Below, piece after piece: positions 30,193 through 41,359 of a DNA stretch of 64,000 nucleotides. A program made the position numbers and the translations under genes. Source of the DNA: an uncultured Gemmatimonadales bacterium. Lineage in GTDB: Bacteria; Gemmatimonadota; Gemmatimonadetes; Longimicrobiales; RSA9. Position 1 is the stretch's first letter; each line of letters starts with the position of its first letter. Location of the stretch: NCBI GenBank assembly GCA_963798845.1, contig CAWCUS010000006.1, forward strand, positions 1,056,001-1,120,000. The letters run 5' to 3'. The notes under the pieces are model-generated. The model was not told the DNA's origin. It did not search any database and saw nothing but the letters and a program-made list of their open reading frames with translations.

Positions 30193-31338
30193 ATGTCCAA
30201 GCCCCCGACGAAGCCCCGTTCGCGATGGAGGTCGATCGCCGCGAATCTCGCGCTGATGGTCGGCACGATCGTCGTGGTGCTGGTCCTGATCGAGGGCGCG
30301 CTGCGTTTGTTTCCCGAGCTGATGCCGGCGGGTCCGCGGCTGCGCGTGCACTGGGCCCGGCAGCGCGCGGTCACGTCGACGGCCGACCCGTACCTGGGGT
30401 TCGTCTATCCGGGTCACTATACGGGAGAGGGTGGAGCCGGGGAGGCGCTGTTCCGGTTCACTACAGACGAGCACGGCTTCCGCAATCCGACTCCCTGGCC
30501 GGATAGCGCGGATGTGGTGGCGGTCGGGGATTCGGAGACGTTCGGATTCGGCGTGGGCTACGACTCCACGTGGGCAGCACTGGTTTCCGGGGCCATGCCT
30601 TACTGCCGCCTCGTGAATCTCTCCCTTCCCGGCATGGCCCCCGAGCAGTACATGCGAACGTTCCGACGGTACGGCGTCCGGCTCCACCCGAAGGTGCTGC
30701 TGTTCGGTCTGTTCCCCGGCAACGACATGCAGGACCAGGCCGAGTTCACGGCCTGGGAGAGGGCGGGTGCGCCCGGGGACTTCGGCGGCTGGAAGTTCAA
30801 CCGAGGCCGTCGCCCCAACATTGTGGACCGCGCGCTGCAGCGCACCTACCTGTACTGGCTGGTGCGCGAGACGGCCCACAACTTCTCCTGGTCGACAGAG
30901 AAGCCGCAGACCTTCGCGGATGGCAGCCGCATCCGGTTCACGCCTTCGATGCTGGAGAGCCAGGCGGCGTACATGCAACCCGGGAAGCCCGCGTTCGACC
31001 GCGTGCTCCAGGTCCTGGAGCAGACCCGCCAGGAGGCGAAGGCTGCGGGAACGCGCATGATCGTCATGCTCTTTCCGACGAAGGAGGAGGTCTACCTTCC
31101 GCTCCGGGGCGAATCGGTGCCCGACCTGACCGGCCCGATCGTCGACGAGCTGGAGCGGCGAGGCATGCCGTACCTGGATCTGACCGAGCCGATGCAGGAA
31201 AAGGCGAGGGGAGGTCAGCGGCTGTTCTTCGAGGTGGACGGACACCCGAACGCAGCCGGCTACCGCGTGATCGCGCGAGCCGTGCTCGATCGGCTGCGTC
31301 AGGACGCTCGGGACTACGGGCTCGCCGGCTGCGATTAG
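30193..31338 (+). CDS. Membrane-anchored SGNH/GDSL (AlgX/AlgJ-like) protein
   Basis: N-terminal TM; VGDSETFG, PGND, DGHPN. Confidence 0.8.
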   Translation: MSKPPTKPRSRWRSIAANLALMVGTIVVVLVLIEGALRLFPELMPAGPRLRVHWARQRAVTSTADPYLGFVYPGHYTGEGGAGEALFRFTTDEHGFRNPTPWPDSADVVAVGDSETFGFGVGYDSTWAALVSGAMPYCRLVNLSLPGMAPEQYMRTFRRYGVRLHPKVLLFGLFPGNDMQDQAEFTAWERAGAPGDFGGWKFNRGRRPNIVDRALQRTYLYWLVRETAHNFSWSTEKPQTFADGSRIRFTPSMLESQAAYMQPGKPAFDRVLQVLEQTRQEAKAAGTRMIVMLFPTKEEVYLPLRGESVPDLTGPIVDELERRGMPYLDLTEPMQEKARGGQRLFFEVDGHPNAAGYRVIARAVLDRLRQDARDYGLAGCD

Positions 31339-31342
31339 CGGG

Positions 31343-32653
31343 ATGGTGGTGAGCGGAGGGCATGGGCCAGTGGAGGGTGGTTACCGTTTGCCGGAGGGTT
31401 TCCTGCTCGGCGCAGCGACATCGAGCCACCAGGTGGAGGGGAACAACCGCTGGAACGACTGGTGGGCGGCCGAGGAAGCCGGCCGGCTGCCGCATCGGTC
31501 CGGCGCGGCCTGCCGGCACTACGACCTGTTCGAGCTCGACCTCGACCTGGCGCGCGAGGCCGGTCACAACGCGCACCGCTTTTCCATCGAGTGGAGCCGC
31601 GTGGAGCGGGCCCCAGGTGTGTGGGACCCGGCGGCGCTCGAGCATTACCGCCAGGTGATCCGCGCGTGCACAGCCCGCGGCATCGAGCCGATCGTCACCC
31701 TGCAGCATTTCACCCTCCCGCTCTGGGCGGCGCGCCGCGGCGGCTGGAGCAACCCGGCGAGCTGCGGGTGGTTCCACCGCTACGCCGGGCACGTCGCCCG
31801 GGAGCTGGGCGACGGCGTGCGCTACTGGATCACCATCAACGAGCCGTCGGTGTGCCTGAAGCACGGCTACGTGACCGGTGACTGGCCGCCGCAGCGGCGG
31901 CGGTCGTGGGCGCGCGGCGCCGTCGCATTCTTCAACATGGCGCGCGCGCACCGTGCCGGCCGACAGGCGATCCGCCGCCACTGGCCGCACGCGTTGGTGG
32001 GCTTCGCGCACAGCGCACCCCTCGTGCAGCCGTGCGACCCTGCGCGGCGAGCGGACCGCATCTCTGCCACCCTCAGGGACGTCGTGCTGAACCGCGCGTT
32101 CTTCCGCCTGATGGGGGCGCGCCCCGGCCGCCGCGCCCCTTTCGACTTCATCGGTTTGAACTACTATACCAGGACCGTGGTCCGGGGCTCGCGCTCCGGG
32201 CTGATTCCGTTTGCCGGATCGGAGTGCCAGTCCGACCACCACGCCGACCGCGGTCCGAGGATGGAAACGGGGTGGGAGGTCTATCCTCGGGGCATGGTCG
32301 AGACGCTCCGGCGGTTCTCCGGGTACGGCGTCCCGCTGCTGATCACGGAGAACGGGATCGCGACCACGAACGAGACGCAGAGGACCTCGTTCCTCCTCGA
32401 GCACCTGGCCGGCGTCGGGCGAGCGCTGGAGGAGGGGATCGATGTCCGCGGATACATGTACTGGACTCTCATGGACAACTATGAGTGGACGCTCGGGACC
32501 ACGGCGCGCTTCGGACTGTACGGCGTCGATTTCGTGACGCAGGAGCGCTCGGCCCGGTCCGTGGTGGGCCCTTTCCGTGAGATCTGCCGCTCACGTTTCA
32601 TCCCGCAGCCGCCGACCGACGGCGCTCGCACCGGGGTCGGCTCCCTCTCTTGA
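31343..32653 (+). CDS. Glycoside hydrolase family 1
   Basis: GAATSSHQVEG, RFSIEWSR, TINEP, ITENG, WTLMDNYEW. Confidence 0.95.
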   Translation: MVVSGGHGPVEGGYRLPEGFLLGAATSSHQVEGNNRWNDWWAAEEAGRLPHRSGAACRHYDLFELDLDLAREAGHNAHRFSIEWSRVERAPGVWDPAALEHYRQVIRACTARGIEPIVTLQHFTLPLWAARRGGWSNPASCGWFHRYAGHVARELGDGVRYWITINEPSVCLKHGYVTGDWPPQRRRSWARGAVAFFNMARAHRAGRQAIRRHWPHALVGFAHSAPLVQPCDPARRADRISATLRDVVLNRAFFRLMGARPGRRAPFDFIGLNYYTRTVVRGSRSGLIPFAGSECQSDHHADRGPRMETGWEVYPRGMVETLRRFSGYGVPLLITENGIATTNETQRTSFLLEHLAGVGRALEEGIDVRGYMYWTLMDNYEWTLGTTARFGLYGVDFVTQERSARSVVGPFREICRSRFIPQPPTDGARTGVGSLS

Positions 32654-34299
32654 GCATCATCGACGCGCGGCGGCTCGATGACGGCCGCACCCTCGATGCG
32701 GAAGTTTGCATCGTAGGGGCGGGCGCCGCGGGCCTCTCTCTGGCAGGGGAGCTCGACGGCTCCGGGCTCGGGGTGTGCGTCGTCGAGAGCGGTGGACTGG
32801 CCCCTGATCCGGATACGCAGGCGCTTTACGACCTGGAGAGCCGGGGTTATCCGGTGCGCGAGAACTTCATGTCCCGCGCCCGCTACTACGGCGGCAGCTG
32901 CAATCTGTGGGCGGGCCGCAGCATGAGGCTCGGCCCGGCCGATTTCGAACCGAGGCCGTGGGTCGCGAATTCCGGATGGCCGCTCCAGTACAGCGAGCTG
33001 AGCCGCTACTACCCGCGGGCCGCGGAGATCATGGGGCTGCCGGACATGGCGGCGTTCGAGACCGAGCGCCACCAGGCGGGCCTTTCCGACGCCGAGCGCA
33101 GGCTGTACCGCGATCCAGCGGTCGAGCCCGCCGTATCGCTCTGGGCGAAGCGGCCCCGACGCTTCGGAGAGAAGTACCGCAGCGCTCTCCGCAAGTCTCA
33201 CAACGTCCGGCTCATCCTCCACGCCAACGCGGTCGGGATCAACCTCCTTCCGGACGGAAGGCGCGTCGAATCGGTGGACCTGGCGACACTCTCGGGCCAT
33301 CGACTCCGTGTGCGCGCGCCCGCTGTCGTCCTGGCCTGCGGCGGGCTCGAGAACGCCCGGCTGCTGCTGGTGTCGCGGGGCCAGCACGCCTGCGGCGTCG
33401 GCAACGCGCACGACAACGTCGGGCGCTACTTCATGGACCACCCGCGCGCTGTCTACGGCAGGCTGCGGGTGCGTGAAGGCGAGCGGCTCTCCCTCCTGGA
33501 TGGTCGGCCGCTGCCGGACGGAAAGGTTCAGCTCGGCATCGGGTTCTCCGCCGAGGTGCAGCGGCGGGAAGGGCTCCTCGACCATTACGCTACCTTCGAG
33601 GCCGAGCACAGCGAATACACGGCGAAGCAGTACCAGTCGTTCATCCAGACCATGAAGGTTCTCCTTCGGCGGGGTTACGCCGGCAGCCGGTGGAAAGTCG
33701 GGCGCGCGCAGCTCGGCGACATTTCCGGCTTGATGTACCTGTTGACGCCGAAGGAGCTGATGCCGCATTCCCTCTACCGGCTGTACTGGAATGCGCGCCG
33801 CCTGCTCACCCGGCAGGACCGTGGCGGCTCCCGGGTGGTGGTCTACTTCTGTGAGCAGCCGCCGGACCCCGAGAGCCGGGTCACCCTGGGCCGGGACCGC
33901 GACGCGCTTGGCGTGAACCGGCTGATCCTGGACTGGAAGGTCGGTGCGGACGTGCGCGAATCGGTGCACCGTCTCCAGGAGCTCCTGGCGCGCCGGCTCA
34001 GGGAGGCGGAAGTGGGTTCGCTCGAGCCCGGCAGCGGAGAGCCGCGCTTCACGGATGCGTCCCACCACATGGGCACCACGCGGATGAGCGAGAGCCCGCG
34101 CAATGGAGTGGTCGACACTGCCTGCCAGGTACACGGCGTGAGTGGGCTGTTCGTCGCCGGCAGCTCCATCTTCCCCTCCGCGAGCCACAAGAACCCGACT
34201 CTGACGATCGTCGCGCTGGCGGTTCGACTGGCGGAGCACCTGGTGAGCAGGGCTTCAGCGCTCGTCCGCGCCGCCACCCCTCCCCCCGGCGCTACGTAG
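32650..34299 (+). CDS. GMC-family FAD oxidoreductase
   Basis: IVGAGAAG, GGLENARLLL, VGRYFMDH, HHMGTTRM, NPTLTIVALA. Confidence 0.9.
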   Translation: MSIIDARRLDDGRTLDAEVCIVGAGAAGLSLAGELDGSGLGVCVVESGGLAPDPDTQALYDLESRGYPVRENFMSRARYYGGSCNLWAGRSMRLGPADFEPRPWVANSGWPLQYSELSRYYPRAAEIMGLPDMAAFETERHQAGLSDAERRLYRDPAVEPAVSLWAKRPRRFGEKYRSALRKSHNVRLILHANAVGINLLPDGRRVESVDLATLSGHRLRVRAPAVVLACGGLENARLLLVSRGQHACGVGNAHDNVGRYFMDHPRAVYGRLRVREGERLSLLDGRPLPDGKVQLGIGFSAEVQRREGLLDHYATFEAEHSEYTAKQYQSFIQTMKVLLRRGYAGSRWKVGRAQLGDISGLMYLLTPKELMPHSLYRLYWNARRLLTRQDRGGSRVVVYFCEQPPDPESRVTLGRDRDALGVNRLILDWKVGADVRESVHRLQELLARRLREAEVGSLEPGSGEPRFTDASHHMGTTRMSESPRNGVVDTACQVHGVSGLFVAGSSIFPSASHKNPTLTIVALAVRLAEHLVSRASALVRAATPPPGAT

Positions 34300-34317
34300 C
34301 CGAACAACGGTAAGCCG

Positions 34318-35837
34318 TCACTGACTGCTCGTGATTCCGTCTCCACCACGGTCGACGCGGGGGAGGACGAAATCCTTCCTGCTGATCTCGCCCGTGACCC
34401 ACAGCAAGCCCAGGTACACTCCGCCCAGCGCCGTGATCTTCGCGAGGACGAGCGGTCCTTCCACATCCCACATCGCTGCCGGAATCGCTACCAGGCCCGC
34501 GGCCAGGGCGATGCGGCCGAAAGTCTTCGCCGCCACTGGCGCCCCGAAGTCCCGCCACACGAGCCCCCCCAGGAGCGCTGCCGCGAGTAGGGTCCCGAGC
34601 ATCAGCGACGTGGCCGCGCCAATCGGACCCACGGCGGGGATGAGAAGCACGTTGGCGACGAGCACGAGGGGGATCACGCCCACGAGCACGGCGGCCGCCG
34701 TCCTCTCGCGCCCGGCCGCCATGAGGACGTGCGCGAAGATGTCCAGAAGCCCGAACCAGAGGAACGCGACGAGCTGGAGTACGAGGAAGGCCGCCCCCGC
34801 CCGGTATGCGCTGGAATAGACCACGCCGAGCAGCGAGGACGCGCTCAGACCGACGACGACACAGATCGGAACCGCGAGGATCAGCGCGAACCGGGTGGCT
34901 TCACGGATCTGGCGCCATGCTCCCGCGCGATCACTCCGCGCGAGCGCCCAGGCAATGGAAGCGAACACGACGCCCGACTGGACGATCGGGATCAAAGTGA
35001 GCGTTTGCCCGAGCTTGAGCGCCGCCACGTACTGCCCGACCACCGCATTGTTCCCGTGCCAGAGACTGCCGAGCGACCAGAGATCGAGGCTTGTCAGGGT
35101 TCGCAACGCGATGGAGAAGACCCCCATGGGAAGCGCCAGCAGGGCGAGCTCGCGGAGTACGCCGCCGGCCGGCCGCAACCCCGGAGGACGGTGCGCCGCC
35201 ATCAGATAGAGAAGGGCCGCGAGGGTGCCGAGCACGTTGGCGATCAGAGCCCCTTTGACCGACATGCCGAGGGCGACGAGAGCCAGGACTCCCAGGTACT
35301 TCGCCGCGCCGAGCGTCACCTGGCTCACGCCGACCGGGCCGAAATCGCGCTCGCCCATCAAGATGCCGCGATAGACGTAGTAGACCGCCATGAGCGGCAG
35401 GTCGAGCAGTGCGAGCCGCACCAGCGGGGTGCCGCCCGCGATGCCGAAGAGCCGGGCGATCAGGGAGCGGCCAGCCACCCGATGACGAAGAGAACCCCGG
35501 CTCTGATGAGCACGACGAACAGAGCGCTCCGCTTGACAGCCGGCCTGTCATCCTGGTGCTCCGCGATCATTTTGCCGACGGCTGCGGGAACGCCCGCGTG
35601 GCTGACCATCTCCAGCCACGCCAGCGCCGACAGGACGAGGCCGTAAACCCCGAAGTCGGCCGGACCCAGCTGCCTGGCCAACGTGATCGACACCAGGTAG
35701 CTGAAGACCATGAAAACGGCTTGCGTGATCAGGAGCTGTCGGGTGCCGCGACGTTGGCGAGCTTCGTCTCGATCACGGGCCCTCGCCAGCTCGCCAGGCG
35801 AGGGGTCGCTGGAAGGCGGCGACGCTATGTCACTCAT
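34318..35837 (-). CDS. Wzx-type polysaccharide flippase; split by a frameshift at ~35463
   Basis: LARQLGPADFGVY in 35460-35837; multi-TM remainder in 34318-35478. One added C restores AAP-LIARLF. Confidence 0.8.
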
Positions 35838-36072
35838 GCTCGGCCAACCCGCCAGGTCAAGGCAACTCTGCGTCGAGCGGGAGGATGTCCAGTCGCGCGA
35901 AGTCCTTCACCCGGCGCTCCACGCCGGGTGAAGGCTCGTGAAAGGAGACAAGGAGCCGGCGTCTCTCGAAGGGGTGGGGGCATTGAGATTCCGAAATTCA
36001 TTGCAGCACGCTGGGGACACGACCTTCCAGGCAGCAAAGGGTGTGCGAGTAGGGAGTCCGCCTCCATCGACT

Positions 36073-37997
36073 TCACGGGTTGTTCGTGGCATGGACGTGC
36101 CGGGCTGCGTTCGCCGGCGACCCCGCGTCGTGCGCCACGCGGGTCAGCAGCTGTTCGATCGCCTCCATGGGTTCGCCTCGCATTACCGTGCGTCCCCAGA
36201 TCTCCAGGCACAGGATGCTGAAGAACCCCTGTACGCGCTGCTCCCACCCCTCCAGGAAAGCGTCCAGGACCTCGCCGCGAAGGCCGAGTTCCTCCTCGCA
36301 GAAACCGTTACGGAAAAGTTCGACGCTGATGAGAGGTGCGAGGTACTCCTTCAGCGGCAAGGGGAACCCGTCTTCTTCCTCTTCCGGATCGTCGCGGGAA
36401 GGTAGTCTTCGGCCACCTTCCGCAGGACCCATTTGCTCGCCCGTTTTCCCACCCGGTACTCCAGGGGAAGATTGATCGCCTTGTGGACCAGTCGATGGTC
36501 GAGGAACGGAACACGGCACTCGATGGAGTTCGCCATGCTCGTCCGGTCCAGTCGGCGCAGGAGCGGCGTGAGGAAATCGCTCAGGTCGGCGAGCATGTCG
36601 CCGAGGAGCGCCCGCTCGATGCGGTGTTCGACGAAGTCGTAGGCGCGCTCACAGCGAAGATGCCAGGCCTGACGGGCGAATCGGTCCGCGAGCTGGATCG
36701 TGAACGGAAGAAGCTCGCGCGTGTGCATGCTCACGGACACCCCGGCGGAGGACAGGCCGAGAATCTGGAGCCTCGCGCGCACACTCGCCGGCAGCCGATC
36801 GAGGAGCGACTGGATCTGAAGGATGCGCCAGGTCTTGCGGTAGCGGTCGTAACCGCCGAAGAGCTCGTCCGCCCCTTCACCGGACAGCAGCACGACGACT
36901 CCGTGGCTTCTCGCGACGCGACAGATCAGGTGGTAAGCGACGGAGTTCGGATGGGTCAACGGGAAGTCGCACTGGTACACCACTTTGGGCAGCTCGCGCC
37001 GGAAGGTCTCGCCGTCCAGCGGAAAGGACACGAACGGCAGCCCGAAATGTTCGGCGAGACGGCGCGCATGGATGCTCTCGTCGAGATCGCTGTACCCCTG
37101 GATGGCCACGTTGAACACCGTGAGGTCGGTCGAATGCCTCGCGGCCATGGCCGTCACGAGACTCGAGTCGAGTCCTCCACTGCACAGAGTGCCGACCGGC
37201 ACGTCACTGACCAGCCGCTGCTCCACGGCGAGAGCGAGCGTCGCGCCGATCTCGGCCACCACGTCGTCCGGAGACGCGTCTCTGTACCGCTGGAACGCGG
37301 TGGGATCGACATGATCGGCCGCCGAGTAGAACTGGCTGTGTCTGGCGGTTCCGCCCTCGATGATCACTATCTCACCCGGAAGCACCGAATGGATGCCCAC
37401 GAGGAGCGTCTCTGGCGTCAGAATGTCGACGTTCCTGTGGAACGACCATTCGAGCAGGGATCGCTGGTCGAGCCTGTGCTCGACACGCTCCCCGTCCAGG
37501 GCCTTGATCTCGGAGGCGAAGGCGATCCCGGCGTCCTGTCGGTGATAGTAGAGAGGCTTGATCCCGTAACGGTCCCGAACGAGGAAGACGGTCTCCGCCT
37601 GTCGATCGTGGACCGCGAACGCGAACATCCCGACGAATCGGTCGAGGCAAGCCTCCCCCCACTCGATGAATGAATGGAGGACCACCTCGGTGTCGGTCTG
37701 GGAGCGGAAGACGTGGCCCAGCGCAACGAGCTCCTCTCGCAGCGCCTTGAAGTTGTAGACCTCGCCGTTGTACGTGATCCACCACCGTTCCGTCGGATCG
37801 CTCATGGGCATGTGACCCGCGTCCGAAAGGTCGATGATGCTCAAACGTACAGAGCCGAGGCATACGTTCTCGTTCAGGACCACGCCGACATCGTCAGGAC
37901 CGCGATGTTGCTCCCCGCCGCACATGCCGCGAACCAGCTCTCTGACCGCACCGCCGTCAGGGACAGAAGAAGAGATCAGCCCTGCGATTCCGCACAT
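36073..37997 (-). CDS. asnB: Asparagine synthase (glutamine-hydrolysing)-type amidotransferase; frameshift at ~36368
   Basis: MCGIAG, HRGPD, SGGLDSS, SGEGADELFGGY, ECRVPFLD; C-terminus GFPLPLKEY continues in another frame. Confidence 0.9.
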
Positions 37998-38210
37998 GTT
38001 CTATCCCTTGAGGGAAAGGGTTCTCAAGATTGCTGGGGTGCGCCGGCACTCGACACGAGGAGAGCCGGCTGGTATCTTCCAGCTCCTCAACAAATGATGA
38101 CGTCGCGATCACAATCCGCCGGTCCCGGTCACATTGCACCGGGGGGCCGCGTGCGGAGCCACCCGATCGTACCAGCGTCGCCCGCAATCCGCTACCTGGC
38201 CGGAGGCCGC

Positions 38211-39113
38211 TTGACACATCTCCCGACGTTCGTCGTGATCGGGGCGACCAAGTGCGGTACTACTTCCCTCTACCAGTACCTCCGGCAGCATCCGGGCATA
38301 TTTCTGCCACAGAAGAAGGAGCTGCACTACTTCACGTACGAGAAGCTGGCCGACAGGGTGGCGGGCCCGGGCGACGAGGACGTCGTGCGATTCGCCTGCC
38401 CGACGAGAGCCGATTATGAGCGCGCCTTCGCCAGCGCGACGACCGAGACGGCTCTCGGTGACATGTCTCCCTCGTACTTCGAGCACGCCGAGGTGAGCGA
38501 TCGGATCCGATCCGAGCTCGAGGACCCTGAGATCGTGCTTCTGCTCAGGAACCCGATCGAGAGGACATATTCACAGTACATGCACCTTGTCCGGGATGCG
38601 AGGGAAAGGCTGCCTTTCCCGGACGCCTTGGATGCAGAGCCCGATCGCGTTCGTGCCGGCTGGGGCAACCTCTGGCATTACACCCGCGGCTCGTTCTACT
38701 CGGATCGCACACAGAAGTACCTCGACACGTTCGGACCCGCGCGCATGAAGGTGGTCCTGTTCGAGGATTTCGTCCGGGGTCCGTCGCGCGTGCTCTCGGA
38801 GCTCTGCGCGTTCCTGGGCGTGGATCCTGCGTGGCGATTCGAGTCGGGGGAGGTCTACAACCGGTCGGGGCGCCCCCATTCCCGTCTCGTGGCTGCCTTC
38901 GTGAACCGCCCCGGCCCCATCGTGAAACGCGTCGTCCGATCCCTCCCCGAACCGCTGGTGCGGGGTGCAAAGCAAGCGATCGCGCGGTTGAACGTCGGAG
39001 AGAAGGGGAGAATCGACGCGCACTCTCGCGCTCGCCTTCGGGATCTGTTCTCGGAAGATGTCGCCCGCCTGGAAGGCATCCTCGGGCGGGACCTCTCGAT
39101 CTGGAACCTCTGA
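38211..39113 (+). CDS. Sulfotransferase
   Basis: 5'-PSB motif IGATKCGTTSL, KELHYF, LRNPIERTYS; TTG start after GGAGG (alternative ATG 38094). Confidence 0.9.
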   Translation: MTHLPTFVVIGATKCGTTSLYQYLRQHPGIFLPQKKELHYFTYEKLADRVAGPGDEDVVRFACPTRADYERAFASATTETALGDMSPSYFEHAEVSDRIRSELEDPEIVLLLRNPIERTYSQYMHLVRDARERLPFPDALDAEPDRVRAGWGNLWHYTRGSFYSDRTQKYLDTFGPARMKVVLFEDFVRGPSRVLSELCAFLGVDPAWRFESGEVYNRSGRPHSRLVAAFVNRPGPIVKRVVRSLPEPLVRGAKQAIARLNVGEKGRIDAHSRARLRDLFSEDVARLEGILGRDLSIWNL

Positions 39114-39186
39114 ACCGCCCCCGGCACGCAACCGGGTGGTGTCACGCTTCCACGTGGATGCCCCCCCTCGACCCAGGACTACAGGA

Positions 39187-40074
39187 ATGGAAGTCTGGCC
39201 CAATTTCTTCATCGCGGGAGCGCCCAAAGCCGGGACATCGTCGTTGTATGCGTATCTGCGGGACATCCCCGGCATCTACATGTCGAAGATCAAGGAGCCA
39301 AACTACTTCTCTAGGGTCCTCGTCCCTGACGACCACCCGGTCCGGCCGATCCGCGACCGATCACGGTATCTCCAGCTCTTTTCCGACGTGACCACGGAGA
39401 CCGTGATCGGGGAGGCGAGTCCGACCTATCTTGCCGATCCGGAAGCCGCGAGCCTCATCAACGAGGTGGCTCCGGAGGCGAAGCTGCTGGTCATCCTGCG
39501 TAACCCCGTGGAGCGCGCCTTCTCCCATTATCTCATGATGGTCAACAATGGCGTGGCGCAGGGTTCTTTCCCTGTGGAGATCGAGCGGGGACTTCGCAAC
39601 GAGCACAACAAGAGCCTCATGCTTCTTAGGCCCGAGATCGGCCGGTATTGCGAACAGCTCACCAGGATGTGGCAGGTCATCGACAGGCGCCGCACGCTGG
39701 TGGTGATCTTCAGGGAGTTCAGCGCCGACCCCCGTGGCACGTTGGAGCGCGTGCTGAATTTCCTCGGCATCGACCACCCCCTCGACGACTTCCAGGCGCA
39801 GGTGCACCGGAGATACGGGGTAGCGCGCGGCCCCATGGCCAAGCTGCTCTTCCGGAGCCGGTCCGTCGCCCGTGCGTCGGAGATGCTCTTTTCGCCCCGG
39901 GTCCGAACGGCGATTCGCGAGAGATTTTTCGTGAAGCCGGCCGCGAAGCCGCACATGCCCGACGAGGGTCGTTCGATCCTGACTGCGTATTACGAGGAGG
40001 ATGTCCGCGGCCTGCAAGACCTGCTGGGCCGACCGCTGCCGTGGCCGGATTTGGCTGGTGCGTCACCGCGGTAG
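39187..40074 (+). CDS. Sulfotransferase
   Basis: PNFFIAGAPKAGTSSL, KEPNYF, GEASPTY, LRNPVERAFS. Confidence 0.92.
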   Translation: MEVWPNFFIAGAPKAGTSSLYAYLRDIPGIYMSKIKEPNYFSRVLVPDDHPVRPIRDRSRYLQLFSDVTTETVIGEASPTYLADPEAASLINEVAPEAKLLVILRNPVERAFSHYLMMVNNGVAQGSFPVEIERGLRNEHNKSLMLLRPEIGRYCEQLTRMWQVIDRRRTLVVIFREFSADPRGTLERVLNFLGIDHPLDDFQAQVHRRYGVARGPMAKLLFRSRSVARASEMLFSPRVRTAIRERFFVKPAAKPHMPDEGRSILTAYYEEDVRGLQDLLGRPLPWPDLAGASPR

Positions 40075-41301
40075 AAGGCCAACCTGCTGGTGCGACGCCG
40101 AGGCCGTGGCCGGCGGGCTGTCGAAGATCCCCTGTTCCCTGACCCAGTCCGCGATCGTGTCGGCCAGGATCCGGTTTCCGTTCTGGTTCAAATGCATGTC
40201 CACGGAATAGAATACCGGCTGCTCGGCCCCGCGCCGCCGGAAGAGGTCATACGTATCGAGGACCGGCAGATTCCTCGTCTCCAGCTCAGTCCGCAGCTCC
40301 CGTATCGCGCGCAGCGTCGGAGGGTAGGCGTCGGAGCCGTAGATCTCCTCCTTGCTCGGGATAAGGGCGACGAGGAAGGTCCCGCCTCCGGCCTCCACCT
40401 CCCGCCGCATCTCTTCGAGCGGACCGAACAGCAATTCCCGGAGGTCGGGCGTATCGGCCCGGTCCAGGCCCTGGGCAAGGCGCTGCTGGGACGGGACCGA
40501 CAGGTATACCGTGTCGCCGGCCGGCAGCACCACGACGCCCTTCATCAGTGATCCGCCCAGGTCGGACTTGGTGCGCCGGTACACGGCCGAAACCAGGTAG
40601 GAGCGGCCGAGCAGTGACTTCACGGACTGCCCGATCCGTCGGGACAGCGGCGGCGGCGAATGGGGGCGGCGTGGGGATGCGTGGGTGAGCTCGTACGTCT
40701 TGCGATAATGCGTGTAGTCCGGATCCGGCCGACCTTCGCTGACCCAGTGAGCGAACTTGCGCGTATTGTCCACGTCCCAGAGGACCCAGATGGTGGCAAT
40801 GACCAGCCGCGGATTCAACGGTTCGGCATACTTGCGCCACATGGTCAGCTCCCGCCCCATCCCGCCGCCTACGAGCCCGAGGTTCAGCACGCGGGTTCCG
40901 GGCAGGTCCTTCTGGAGCAGCGTCGTCATGCTGCCGTCGATGCCCACGCCCCGACCTTCCAGGAGTGAGTTGCCGAGGACGGCAATGTCGACCTGGTCCG
41001 GCCAGGGTTCGGGATTCGGGAACCCGAGGTGGTCTGTCCTCAGGACGAACTCGTAATCGGGCGTGCGAATCGTGTCGGTGAGGAACGGCGTCACCCGGGC
41101 GCCGAAATCCGGGTCGGGCACGTACTTTTCGGCCGCACCCGCCGCGTCCATCTGGTCACGGATGATCGCCTGTGAGCGCTCGGTCCCGCCGCGCAGGCGC
41201 AGGCCGATCTCGCCGGCGACCACGGCCAGCGCCACCAGCGCCAGAATCGAGAGCAGCACCATCCGAACTGCGCCGAATCGCTTCTTGTGCTTGTCAGTCA
41301 T
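40063..41301 (-). CDS. Membrane-anchored SGNH (AlgX/AlgJ-like) protein, paralog of 30193
   Basis: N-terminal TM; TDHLGFPNPEPWP (vs TDEHGFRNPTPWP), LGNS, IPSKEEIY, DMHLN. Confidence 0.75.
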   Translation of the reverse strand: MTDKHKKRFGAVRMVLLSILALVALAVVAGEIGLRLRGGTERSQAIIRDQMDAAGAAEKYVPDPDFGARVTPFLTDTIRTPDYEFVLRTDHLGFPNPEPWPDQVDIAVLGNSLLEGRGVGIDGSMTTLLQKDLPGTRVLNLGLVGGGMGRELTMWRKYAEPLNPRLVIATIWVLWDVDNTRKFAHWVSEGRPDPDYTHYRKTYELTHASPRRPHSPPPLSRRIGQSVKSLLGRSYLVSAVYRRTKSDLGGSLMKGVVVLPAGDTVYLSVPSQQRLAQGLDRADTPDLRELLFGPLEEMRREVEAGGGTFLVALIPSKEEIYGSDAYPPTLRAIRELRTELETRNLPVLDTYDLFRRRGAEQPVFYSVDMHLNQNGNRILADTIADWVREQGIFDSPPATASASHQQVGLLPR

Positions 41302-41359
41302 GCGGGTGTTTTCTCAGGCGGAGAGGACGACGCGTCGCGACGTGGACGGCCGCGTTCGA